Shown here: positions 51,770 through 64,000 of the stretch, piece by piece
Numbering within the stretch: the stretch's first letter is position 1
Layout of the letters: each line of letters begins with the position of its first letter
Notes under the pieces: model-generated
Told to the model about the DNA's origin: nothing
The model's input: the letters and a program-made list of their open reading frames with translations, nothing else
Databases searched by the model: none
DNA from: Octopus sinensis
Lineage: Eukaryota
NCBI RefSeq assembly: GCF_006345805.1
Contig: NC_043008.1
Coordinates: forward strand, 37,510,001-37,574,000
DNA length: 64,000 nt
Reading direction: 5' to 3'
Program-made: the position numbers and the translations under genes

Positions 51770-52560
51770 CCCCACATCATCATCATCACCATCATCATCA
51801 CCGTTATTTTTTGTCCATTTTCTTGATGGCCTGCTTAAGTTGTAGTGGTTTTCTCTAGTGCAGGGTCCCACCACGTCATACTCCTTTGTCATCTTCTTTA
51901 TGTTGTCCAGCCTCCAGAGATCAACTTTCACATATTTTTTCACACTTCCTCATTCTTCTTCTTCTACAAAGTCCTTCCTCCTCTTTGTACAGCTTGTCAC
52001 TTCTTTACCAAAATGTCATATTCTGTATCTTTTACTTGTTTCAGTCATTTTGACTGTGGCCATGCTGGAGCACCACCTTTATTTGAGTACAGCAGGGTTC
52101 ACTGCCAATCCCTGCCGGAGTCTTGTGAAGCTTCAGGTGTTTTCGCTCAATAAACACTCACAAAGCCCGGTCTAGGAATCGAAGCCGCAATCCTATGACT
52201 GCGAGTCCGCTGCCCTAATCACTGGGCCATTCCACCTGCAAAATAGTTCCATACATTTACAAACTTTTTTTTCTTTTTCTCTTTATTTTGCACTTTGCAT
52301 TTAATTCCTCTCGTACCCAGTTTCTCCTCTCTGTTCATTCATGCTCCATTGCTTATGCATGTGAACATTACACATCCAGTAGAGCATACTCAACTCATTT
52401 CTTTCCAGCCTCCTTCCATTCTCTGCATTCAATGTCCATTTCATACAAACATCCAACACCATACTTTGTAAATCAGTACCATACAATCGGAACTTTTCTT
52501 GAGGAGATAACATCTCTTTGTCCCCAGCAGATACATTTCCTTCCTAAAATTTTCCTATAT
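51770..52560 (-). mobile_element. RTE LINE 3' remnant interrupted by a SINE B tail and a SINE C piece (about 52015-52235)
   Basis: RRLERNELSMLYWMCNV at about 52330-52420; C-terminal remnant and (GAT)n tail at 51770-51950. Confidence 0.65.
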
Positions 52561-52648
52561 TGTTCTTAGTTTAGTTACTTTTTGCTCATTTGTATCACAT
52601 CTGATTTCTCCATGCTGCAACACTTGAAGAAATATATCATTTGAAGTG

Positions 52649-52950
52649 TGGAGGTGCAATGGCCCAGTGGTTAGGGCAGCGGACTCACGGTCGGAGGATT
52701 GCGGTTTTGATTCCCAGACTAGGCGTTGTGTGTGTTTATTGAGCAAAAACACCTAAAAGCTCCACGATGCTCCAGCAGGGGGTGGTGGTAACTCCTGTTG
52801 TAGTCTTTCACCACAACTTTCTCTCACTCACTCTTCCTGTTTCTTGAGTAATGCTGCGATGGACTGGTGTCCCGTCCAGCTGGGGGGAACACATACACCA
52901 CAGAAACTGGGAAACCGGGCCCATGAGGCTGGCTAGGCTTGAAAAGGGCA
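52649..52950 (+). mobile_element. SINE family C, full length
   Basis: Colinear with 29303-29603 and 58150-58460. Confidence 0.9.
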
Positions 52951-53117
52951 GAAAAAAAATTATTTGAAGCATTGCTTTACAGCCAGGTTCTCTTCTTGAT
53001 ACTAGTCTTTACCTGCCTATCAAATCTCCTGTACAGCTAATCAGGTCATCTGTACAATGGAATCTATTACCTTCTTCTATAGAACTTTCCATATACTTAA
53101 AAGAATTTATTTTACAG

Positions 53118-53255
53118 GTGCTCTGTTTTCTAACTGCTTCTGCAGATCTTCAAATGGGGTCGTTCTTTGTCAGCCTACAGTTAATCTCATAGCATCTCTT
53201 CCTGTCATCATTGTTTCAACATCTACTTTGCCAGGCTTGCACATATTGGACAAAG
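53118..53255 (+). CDS. Candidate symmetric phase-1 exon (138 nt), unverified
   Basis: TTTATTTTACAG acceptor, AAAG|GTATGT donor, single open frame GALFSNCFCRSSNGVVLCQPTVNLIASLPVIIVSTSTLPGLHILDK. Alternatively an antisense hAT remnant. Confidence 0.3.
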
Positions 53256-53414
53256 GTATGTTGTGGGTAGAGCATTTTACTGCTGAAAAACCTTCTTGGA
53301 ATGAACTCCTGCTTGGAAATAACTGAGTAAATAATATCCCAGTCTATTAGAAAATAAACAGCTTGGACATTTTTTTTCTGTGTAGGACAAGAAGCAAATG
53401 ATATCATTTGTTAA

Positions 53415-53650
53415 ATGAAGGCGATGAACTAGCAGAATTGTTAACATGCCGGGCGAAATGCTTAGCAGTGTTTCATCTGCCATTACATTCTAAGTTCAAA
53501 TTCTGCCAAGATCGACTTTGCCTTTCATCCTTTCAGGGTCAATTAAATAAGTACCAGTTACGCATTGGGGTCGATGTAATCGACTTAATCCCTTTTTCTG
53601 TCCTTGTTTGTCCCCTCTGTGTTTAGCCCCTTGTGGGCAATAAAGAAATA
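53415..53650 (+). mobile_element. SINE family D, full length
   Basis: Colinear with 18487-18720. Confidence 0.88.
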
Positions 53651-53777
53651 GATATCATATGAATGTGCTTTTGGTTTACAAAGTTTGTGCAACATGTCAA
53701 AAGATGTCAAGAATCCTAAACATGCTTTTACAGAAGAAATGTCTGTATGTATGTATGTATGTATGTATGTATGTATG

Positions 53778-53809
<32 letters not shown>

Positions 53810-54994
53810 TGCATGCATGCATGAATGTACCTAAGAATGTACATATGTATGCATGTATGTGTCTGTCTATCTATCTATCTATCTATCTTCGGATGCTTAA
53901 CCAAAAAGAATCATCAGTAAACACTTTATTACACCAAGTTATATTGTACCAAGTTACAGAGAGCTATATATATATATAATATATATATATCCACACACTC
54001 ACATGTATAAGATATATGTAAACATATATGGTGAGATTCTTTCAGTTTCTGTCTACCAAATCCACTCACAAGGCTTTAGTCAGCCAGGAGTTATAAAAGA
54101 AAACACTTGCCTGAGCTGGCATGAAGTGGGATTGAACCTGCAGCTATGTAGCTAGGAAGTGACCTTCTTAAGCACACAACCATTCCTGTGTGTCCATAAT
54201 TTTCACTGATTACACTACATGGCATTCCTACTTTTGCATTTTTTTTTTGCATAGTGATCTTGGCCACTTCCCAGTTGGTAGTTGAGTCTCATTTTCATTC
54301 TTGCTTCATAAAACTTTTGTTGTTGTTTGTTATTCTATAAAATCTTTCACTGACAGACTTTGTTTTCAAGAGTGGAATTTCTTTTCTATTCCTTTAGCCA
54401 ATCCAGTCAAGAGAACTAGATTATGGACTGAAATTCTTCTTTTCTGGCCTTTTGAGCAATAATAATAAACAGATGTGAGCTGAGAACTCTCATCATGCTG
54501 ATAGATTTTTATTCATATTTTGCAATTATTCTCGATGGCATGGCTACTTTCCTAGCTTTGCTATCTTTATATTGTGTCAAATTTGAGTAGGCCCTCTCTC
54601 TTCTGTTTGCTTTTCTAATTTTTCAACTATTCTTAGTCATATTTCATATTACTTTCTTCTCAAAGAGTCTTCTACTCTATACATCATTATCATTTCCTTC
54701 TCCTTCAAGGTGTATGTATCAGCTAGTACTTCTTTAAACTTATGTCTCTCTGAAAGATCCTTCAGATATTATGCTGCTCTTTGCCAGATATTCTGGCGCA
54801 TCTGGCTGAATCAAAACTTAATTATGTTCTTTAAATTTACACAGGATATATCTCCTATGTATTTCTAAGAAATATAGCAATTAAATGACCATACCAAGAT
54901 TAAATATTCCACCTGCTTTATGTTCAAAGTGGCAAGATCTGGTCACCCCACCTAAACTACAATACCCTTCTAAAAATAAATAATCACATCATCA

Positions 54995-55345
54995 AAGTCT
55001 GTGGTCAATTCCAGGCTGGTGAGGATTACTTCTGGAAGGTTATATATGTGGCATCAGGATTTAGTTCCTTGCCATACCACTGAAAAGAGTCAGAAGTGGT
55101 TGTCAGAAAATTTCCACGATTTCACTGGTTCTAATTTCTACTGTCTTAATTGCTCTGATTGTAATCTCATAGATTACTATATGTGGGGCAGAATTGAGAA
55201 AGACACCAACCACTCTGCCTAAAACACAAAAGCCAAGCTGGTTACCAAAAAGATGGAAGATTTCAAAGATCTTCCAAGGGACATGGTGAGGAATGCATGC
55301 ACCCGATTCTGGAGCTATCTTGAGGCTGCAGTGGAAGCTGATGGT
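54995..55345 (+). mobile_element. DD37D (maT) transposase 3' fragment
   Basis: WHQDLVPCHT..WLSENFHDF..SDCNLIDYYMWG (37 residues between the Ds) ... NACTRFWSYLEAAVEADG. Confidence 0.8.
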
Positions 55346-55583
55346 AGCTTAATCTAATTGATGTTTTTTACTGTTTTAAAAATACTTTTATTTTTGGACA
55401 GGATGTTATGTTTTTTCCTTTCATGCAAACTGTCAAATTTAGCCGAAACATTCTGTAGACAGTGGTTATTACTCTTATCAGTTCCTAATGAATAGTACAC
55501 AATTTTCAGCGATGAAATACTTTATGTAGTCAAATTCAGCTACGTTATACAGGGCATGTATGTCTATTTATCATATGTGTGTT

Positions 55584-55613
<30 letters not shown>

Positions 55614-55617
<4 letters not shown>

Positions 55618-55952
55618 AGGTGCATGGCTCAGTGGTTAGAGCGTCAAGCTTACGATCGTGAGGTTGTGAACTCGAATCTTGGACTGGGCTGCAGGTTGTG
55701 TTCTTGAGCAAGACATTTTATTTCACGTTGCTCCAGTTCACTCAGCTGTAGAAATGAGTTGCGATGTCACAGGTGCCAAGCAGTATCGGTCTTTGCCTTT
55801 CCCTTGGATAACATTGGATGGCGTGGAGAGGAGAGGCTGGTATGCAGGGGTGACTGCTGGTCTTCCATAAACAACCTTGCCTGGACTTGTGCCTGGGAGA
55901 GTAACTCTCTAGGTGCAATCCCATGGTCTGTGTCATGACCAAAGGGGGTCTC
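55614..55952 (+). mobile_element. SINE family E, full length
   Basis: Colinear with 32855-33190; flanked by (TA)n. Confidence 0.9.
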
Positions 55953-55983
<31 letters not shown>

Positions 55984-56237
55984 GTGAATAGATAGGGATA
56001 ATATATCCAGGTAGGTACCATTCAGGTATTCAATTATAATTGAAATCATGGTTAACTGCATCAAGTGGTATTGAACACCCAGGATTATTTGATGTAAGCA
56101 ACCCTAGTGTATTTCATCCAATGGGAAAATCCTGGGTTCATTTCATTGGATTATAAATAGTTTACCAATTGTGCATCCAAGACAATTACAATGAATACAG
56201 AGAATAATACATCAGAGCATCTTTTTTTTTTGTCGTA

Positions 56238-56404
56238 GGTGTAGGAGTTGATGTGTGGTAAGTAGCTTGCTTACCAACCATATGGTTCCGGGTTCAGTCC
56301 CGCTGTGTGGCACCTTGGGCAAGTGTCTTCTACTATAGCCTCGGGCCAACTAAAGCCTTGTGAGTGGATTTGGTAGACGGAAACTGAAACAAGCCCGTCA
56401 TATA

Positions 56405-56453
<49 letters not shown>

Positions 56454-57340
56454 ATATATATATATGTATATGTGTGTATATGTTTGTGTGTCTGTGTTTG
56501 TCCCCCCCCAACATCGCTTAACAACCAATACTGGTGTGTTTACGTCTCTGTAACTTAGTGGTTCAGCAAAAGAGACTGATAGAATAAGTACTAGGCTTAC
56601 AAAGAATAAGTCCTGGTGTCAATTTGCTCGACTAAAGGTGGTGTTCCAGCATGGCCACAGTCAAATGACTGAAACAAGTAAAAGAGTAAAAGAGAGTAAA
56701 GAGAGACGTATTCTTCACTGTACACATTGTAATTATCTTATTGTCATCTTCATCATCATTTAGTGTCCATATTCCAAGCTGGCATGGGTTGGCTGGTTCA
56801 ACAGGATCCAGTTGGCTAGAGGACTGCACTAAGCTCCAATGTTTATTTCAGCTTGGTTTCTATAACTGGAAGACGGCGAGCTGGTAGAAACATTAGCGCG
56901 CCGGGCGAAATGCTTAGCGGTATTTCGTCTGCCGTTACATTCTGAGTTCAAATTCTGCCGAGGTCGGCTTTGCCTTTCATCCTTTCATGGTCGATTAAAT
57001 AAGTACCAGTTATGCACTGGGGTTGATATAATCGATTTAATCCGTTTGTCTGTTCTTGTTTGTCCCCTTTCTGTGTAGCCCCTTGTGGGCAGTAAAGAAA
57101 TAAGAATATTACAATCCCATCTATAAGATGGTGAGAATGCAGACCTGTAGGTATGCCAGGTGAAATACTTAGTGGTATTTCATCTGCCGTTACGTTCTGA
57201 GTTCAAATTCTGCCAAGGTCAACTTTGCTTTTCATCCTTTTGAGGTCGATTAAATAAGTACCAGTTATGCACTGGGGTTGATATAATCGACTTAATCCGT
57301 TTGTCTGTCCTTGTTTTTCCCCTCTCTTTATAGCCCCTAT
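56238..57340 (+). mobile_element. SINE cluster: B (56238-56705), A tail (minus, about 56745-56870), two D copies (56873-57103, 57130-57340)
   Basis: Recognisable blocks of each family. Confidence 0.85.
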
Positions 57341-57789
57341 AACTGGGTGCTCTTCTTAACAATACTTAATTTATACACTGTTCTGGGTGCTGTTTTTTCT
57401 TCTCACTTGGATGAGTGAGGTCACCAAATAGCTTGCAAGACAAAACACCAAATCTTTCTTAAAAGCCTTACCAGCATGAGAAGCATTTCCTACTGGAATG
57501 TTAAATTAGGCTAAGTATCTCTCATAAAGAGAATTCGAAATAAAAAGTCAATATCTTCACAGAGTTTTATTTGGGATTTGGCTGCAGTAAAGACTTTAAG
57601 TCGTCTTATTTCATAGTGAATACAGTAATAAATTAGTCACTAGTTGTCCCCATTGTCAATTGATTTGATATTATTAGCAGCTTCTTCATCAGATGCACTT
57701 CCTGCAGAGATGTGACACAAAATCTCACTGCAAAATTTCTTTATTCTTTCCTTGCCTGTGTATGTGTGTGTATGTGGTGCGTGTGTGTG

Positions 57790-57791
57790 TT

Positions 57792-57881
<90 letters not shown>

Positions 57882-60741
57882 TACATATATATATATATGT
57901 ATGTGTATATATATATATATGTGTGTATATATATATGCATACATATATATATACATATTATATGCTATATATTATATGTGTGTGTACATATATATATATA
58001 TATATTATATACATGCATTATATATGTATATATATATATATATGTATGCATATATACATACATATATACATATATTTATATATATATATACATATACATA
58101 TATACATACATACATACATATATATATATATATGTATATATATACATATGGAGGCGCAATGGCCCAGTGGTTAGCGCAGCGGACTCACGGTCGGAGGATC
58201 GTGGTTTCGCTTCCCAGACTGGGTGTTGTGTGCGTTTATTGAGCGAAAACATCTAAGGCTCCACGAGGCTCCACGAGTCTCCAGCAGGGAGTGGTGGTGA
58301 CCCTTGTTGTACTCTTTTGCCCCAACTTTCTCTCACTCTATCTTCCTGTTTCTTGAGTAACGCTGCGATGGACTGGCGTCCCATCCAGCTGGGGGGAACA
58401 CAATATGCCACAGAAACCGGGAAACCAGGCCCAGGAGTCTGGCTGGGCTTGAAAAGGGCGCATAAATAAATAAAAAATTTTAAATATATACATATATATA
58501 GAAATGTATATATGTATGTATACACACATTATAAACATACATGTATATATCTATATGTGCATACATATATATATTATACATATCATCATCTTCATTTAGC
58601 ATTTTTTTCCCCATGCTGGCATGGGTTGATAGTTTGAGATGAAAGCCGAGCAAAAAGACTGCACCGAGTCCCAATGTCTGGTTTGGCATTGTTCTATGGC
58701 TGAATGCCTGCCGTAACACCTGCCATCTCGAAGAGTGCAGCAGGTGTTTTCTGTTGTGGCACCAGCACTGGTGACGTCACCAAGTACCTCATAGGCAAGA
58801 CCATCTGACCTATGCAGGCTGTAGTGTTGAGGATATGAAAGTATGATAGAGGAACAGTTGGTGGGTGTCTTGCTGAAGAGATGGTTGCTGAAGGGCATGG
58901 CTTGCTCATCTGGAAAAAGAGAGAGAGGGGAAAGGGAGAGAGAGAGGTGGGGGAGAGAGATGTGAGGTCAAGGTGAAAAGTAAATATAAAAGAAATAAAA
59001 GAGGTGAGGGGCAAAAAAAAATGGTGAGCGTGAATGGATTAAATGTGCAAAGAGAGAATAGTGTGACAAATGGTTAAAGATGAGGAATGGTTTTGAATAT
59101 CAGAAAATATCAGTTGGTGTGTTTCTGGGTAATGCATGTGTGTATGTGTGTGAGTGTGTGTCTATTTATGATATTAGGGGAGACTGTCAAAAAAATATAC
59201 CATAATAAATATACTAAAAATGACTATAAAAAAATATATTCATCCACACTATCCAACATATTGAGTTCTATATCAGATTAATATATTTTTGCATTCTTTA
59301 CAATCTTTACATTGTGAGATATATATATATATACATACATACATACCATACATACATACATACATATATAATATATATATTATATATATATAGTATATAT
59401 ATAATATATATATATTATATATATATATACATATACATATATACATACATACATACATATATATATATATGTATATATATATACATATGGAGGCGCAATG
59501 GCCCAGTGGTTAGCGCAGCGGACTCACGGTCGGAGGATCGTGGTTTCGCTTCCCAGACTGGGTGTTGTGTGCGTTTATTGAGCGAAAACATCTAAGGCTC
59601 CACGAGGCTCCACGAGTCTCCAGCAGGGAGTGGTGGTGACCCTTGTTGTACTCTTTTGCCCCAACTTTCTCTCACTCTATCTTCCTGTTTCTTGAGTAAC
59701 GCTGCGATGGACTGGCGTCCCATCCAGCTGGGGGGAACACATATGCCACAGAAACCGGGAAACCAGGCCCAGGAGTCTGGCTGGGCTTGAAAAGGGCGCA
59801 TAAATAAATAAAAAATTTTAAATATATACATATATATAGAAATGTATATATGTATGTATACACACACTTATAAACATACATGTATATATATATATATGTG
59901 CATACATATATATATATATACATATCATCATCTTCATTTAGCATTTTTTTTCCCCATGCTGGCATGGGTTTGATAGTTTGAGATGATAAGCCGAGCAAAA
60001 AGACTGCACCGAGTCCCAATGTCTGGTTTGGCATTGTTTCTATGGCTGAATGCCTGCCGTAACACCTGCCATCTCGAAGAGTGCAGCAGGTGTTTTTCTG
60101 TGGCACCAGCACTGGTGACGTCACCAAGTACCTCATAGGCAAGACCATCTGACCTATGCAGGCTGTAGTGTTGAGGAATATGAAAGTATGATAGAGGAAC
60201 AGAATTGGTGGGTGTCTTGCTGAAGAGATGGTTGCTGAAGGGCATGGCTTGCTCATCTGGAAAAAGAGAGAGAGGGGAAAGGGAGAGAGAGAGGTGGGGA
60301 GAGAGATGTGAGGTCAAGGTGAAAAGTAAATATAAAAGAAATAAAATAGGTGAGGGGCAAAAAAAAATGGTGAGATGAATGGATAAATGTGCAAAGAGAG
60401 AATAGTGTGACAAATGGTTAAAGATGAGGAATGCGTTGAATATCAGAAAATATCAGTTTGGTGTGTTTCTATGTGTAATGCATGTGTGTATGTGTGTGAG
60501 TGTGTGTCTATTTATGATATTAGGGGAGACTGTCAAATAAATATACCATAATAAATATACTAAAAATGACTATAAAATAAATATATTCATCCACACTATC
60601 CAACATATTGAGTTCTATATCAGATTAAATATTTTTGCATTCTTTACAACTCTTACATTGTGAAGATATATATATATATACATACATACATACATACATA
60701 CATACATACAATTATATATTATATATATATATATATATTAT

Positions 60742-60772
<31 letters not shown>

Positions 60773-60833
60773 AATATTATATATAATATATATTAGTATA
60801 TATATATATATATTATATATATATATATATGTG

Positions 60834-60877
<44 letters not shown>

Positions 60878-60890
60878 ATATATGTATGTA
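57790..60890. repeat. Tandem duplication, about 1339-bp unit, containing SINE C and an old family-A-like element
   Basis: 58150-59318 is repeated at 59489-60665; copies differ mostly by 1-2 nt indels; junctions lie in (TA)n tracts. Confidence 0.92.
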
Positions 60891-61280
60891 GTATACTTAT
60901 GTGTGCTTGTGTGTGCACACACATGTGAATGTGCGTATATGAAAAACAATAAAGAAATAATGCAGAGACTTTCTTATGAGGTGAAGAGGGAATTAATGAT
61001 TTATTAATCATAAATTTTCTCTTTGCATTGTAAGAAGCTCTCCACATTACATTTTTTATTGTTTTCTTATATCACATTGCTTCGAGCAAACTACTAAGTT
61101 CTTCTTTTATGATTATGGGTATGTGTGTATGAGTGTGTGCCTGTGTTTGTGTATACCATATCATATATAGATTATATATTACAAGAGTTGTAAGGTGTAT
61201 CAGAATGTATTTCACATCTGATATATAACTCAATATGTTGAGTAGAGTGGATAAAAAATATACATATATATATTATAACA

Positions 61281-61343
<63 letters not shown>

Positions 61344-61756
61344 GTGTGGTGTGAGAGAGAAAGAAAATGTCATGAGACTTTACTATTGACTATGATTGTT
61401 TCAACCATCAAGCACCGGTGCCTGCAGGTGAGATACAATAGAAACAATTGTGGTGTATTGTAGGTGCAAATGTGTTTCATCAGGTGTGTTGTCAATAGGT
61501 ATCTCATTTTTCCCTGCTGAGTGAACTGGAGCAATGTGATGTAAAGTGACTTGCTTAAGGAGACAATGCATTGCTGGGAATTGAACTCATGACCTTATGG
61601 TTGTAAGCCAAATACCCTAACTGCTAAGCTACATGTCTTCACACACACACATGCACACACACACAGGGATGCAAACTTCTTATCACACAGCCATGACTGT
61701 GCCTATATACATATATTTATTTTCATAAAGCTTCCCGTTATATATATGTGTGTGTG

Positions 61757-62152
61757 TAGGAGTAGCTGTGTGGTAAGTAGCTTGCTAACCAACCACATGG
61801 TTCCGGGTCAGTCCCACTGCGTGGCATCTTGGGCAAGTGTCTTCTGCTATAGCCCGGGCCGACCATGCCTTGTGAGTGGATTTGGTAGACGGAAACTGAA
61901 AGAAGCCTGTCGTATATATGTATATTATATATGTGTGTTTGTGTGTCTGTGTTTGTCCCCTTAGCATCGCTTGACAACCGATGCTGGTGTTGTTTACGTC
62001 CCCGTCACTTAGCGGTTCGGCAAAAAAAGGACCGATAGAATAAGTACTGGCTTACAAAGAATAAGTCTCGGGGTCGAGTTGCTTGATTAAAGGCGGTGCT
62101 CCAGCATGGCCGCAGTCAAATGACTGAAACAAGTAAAATAGAAAAGAGAAAA
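61757..62152 (+). mobile_element. SINE family B, CpG-rich young copy
   Basis: Most CpGs retained; several single-base deletions relative to other copies. Confidence 0.9.
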
Positions 62153-62195
62153 GAGAATATGTATATATATGTGTGTGTGTGTGTGTATCTGTCTA

Positions 62196-62235
<40 letters not shown>

Positions 62236-62585
62236 GTGTGTGTGGTGTATATATATATATATATACATACACATCAACACACATGTGCACACATATACAC
62301 ATATATCGAATTGTGCACAGATCAGTCCGCATATACATTTGGACAAATGGAGAAGGGAACAAGCCCTATGTTTATACATCTATCCAGACATATACACAGA
62401 CAAAGACTATGTAGATGATGGAATTCCTGAAGTAATCTAGTGGCATATACCCCCATACTACTGATGACAGAGGGTAGTCAAATGGGCTTTAAATGGCATA
62501 CTGTAAGGTGTATACCCAAATAGAAAATTATTATGTATATATATGTAATATTTTGGACTAATGGTTATATATCAATTAGTGTGCT

Positions 62586-62796
62586 GTTTGTTCTTAACAC
62601 AACATTTTGGCTGATTTACCTCCAGCCTTCATCAGGTGTCTTGGGGAAATTTCGAACCTGGGTTCTAATTCCTAAGGTATTTTTTTATGTTGTTATATTA
62701 TTATTATTATTATTATTTATTCAGGTCACTGCCCAGAATCGAACTCAGAATCATGGGGTTAGTAGACCCATGCTCTTAGCCACTACGCCATATGCC
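62586..62796 (-). mobile_element. tRNA-headed SINE carrying a hammerhead motif
   Basis: A box TGGCGTAGTGG (62780-62790), B box GAGTTCGATTC (62736-62746), (TAA)n spacer, then GACAC-CTGATGA-A-GGCTG..CAGCC-AAAA-TGTT-GTGTT (62596-62640). Confidence 0.8.
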
Positions 62797-62799
62797 TGT

Positions 62800-62882
62800 G
62801 GGGATATAATAATAATCATAATAATAATAATGATAATAATAATAATAATAACAACAACAACAACAACAATAACAATAACAAC

Positions 62883-62917
<35 letters not shown>

Positions 62918-63115
62918 CAACAACAACAACAACATCGAAAATTACCTTAGGAATGAGAACCCAGGTTCAAAATTTCACCAAGACACCTGATGAAGGCTGG
63001 AGGATATAGCAGCCAAAACGTTGTGTTAACAACAAACAAGATGAGAACAAATATCCGTCAAATGTAAATAATGTAAATAATGTACATAATTCCTCATCAC
63101 TTAAATATAAAAATA
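62800..63115 (+). mobile_element. Headless second copy of the hammerhead SINE, inverted
   Basis: (TAA/CAA)n then GACAC-CTGATGA-A-GGCTG-GAGGATATAG-CAGCC-AAAACGTT-GTGTT (62982-63027) and a tail with repeated AATGTAAAT. Confidence 0.8.
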
Positions 63116-63643
63116 TAGCACAGTTTGGGTCACCAGTTGTCATCTACAGTTGTAGTATATTTCCATTGAATCTACATCAGGAATTCTGCAGTGTTGGCTG
63201 AGATAATAATTGTTTAAGTAACTGGAAGATAGATTTAGTATTAGTCTTTATTTTGTGTGAAGATCATTTCGACCCACCCTACTACTGTCTCTTATGGGTG
63301 GGATTCTGTGCATCCATTTTGTAGCCTGGGCCACATCAGATACATTCATACATAAAGTAGTGTTTCATTAAAGATTTTGAGTTTAGGCTACCATGTTGCT
63401 ATTGCCTGCTCCAGTTAGGAAATGCAGCATTGCTGCAATAGTCATTATTATTAAATGTCCATAACAAAAATAGTGAATAATTGTAAATATAAACATATAC
63501 ACTGTAGATAAGAAAGAAAGAAAACAGACGGAAATTTTGTTACAAGGTTAAGTATATAGGAAAAAGACATAGGGAGGGACTAAATTACATTAAGTTTAAA
63601 ATGAGAGAAGGGTACTAGAAAAAGGAAGTAAAAATAAAGAAAA

Positions 63644-64000
63644 AGGAGTGGCTGTGTGATAAATAGCTTGCTTACCAACCACATGGTTCTGGGTTCAGTC
63701 CCACTGCATGGCACCTTGAGCAAGTAGCCTTGGGCCACCAAAGCCTTGTGAGTGGATTTGGTAGATGGTAACTGAAAGAAGCCCGTCGTATATATGTATG
63801 TGTATATGTTGGTGTATCTGTGTTTGTTACCCTAACATTGCTTGACAACCGATGCTGGTGTGTTTACGTCAGCTTAACTTAGCGGTTCGGCAAAAGAGAC
63901 CAATAGAATAAGTACTAGGCTTACAAAGAATAAGTCCTGGGGTCGATTTGCTCAACTAAAGGCGGTGCTCCAGCATGGCTGCATTCAAATGACTGAAACA
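63644..64000 (+). mobile_element. SINE family B, runs off the window end
   Basis: Colinear with other B copies. Confidence 0.9.

Noticed and set aside
54200-54850. Strand-skewed segment resembling a decayed retroelement ORF (also 38940-39320)
   Set aside because: No diagnostic motif could be read in any frame; left unassigned.

Overview
AT-rich, repeat-saturated eukaryotic DNA. The SINE repertoire and very dense (TA)n/(TG)n/(TAA)n microsatellites suggest a coleoid cephalopod, probably Octopus (inference from pattern recognition, no search run). No intact host gene can be supported, and almost all ORFs in the supplied track are microsatellite or SINE read-through. The window holds at least five modular tRNA-derived or RTE-tailed SINE families (about 50 copies or fragments). 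It also holds decayed RTE, R4/Dong and Tx1/L1 LINE pieces, Tc1/mariner elements (a full-length DD37D copy and a fold-back mariner), pogo-, hAT- and piggyBac-type remnants, two Helitron-type non-autonomous elements and two microsatellite-bounded tandem duplications (1035 bp and about 1339 bp). The least expected signal is a set of hammerhead-ribozyme motifs. One type-I hammerhead has an intact core and all three helices (7301-7370, minus). Several minimal Penelope-type hammerheads have lost catalytic G12 at a CpG. Two of those belong to a tRNA-headed SINE that carries the hammerhead (62586-63115). SINE family letters A-F are my own labels, and repeat boundaries are approximate unless exact termini are quoted.
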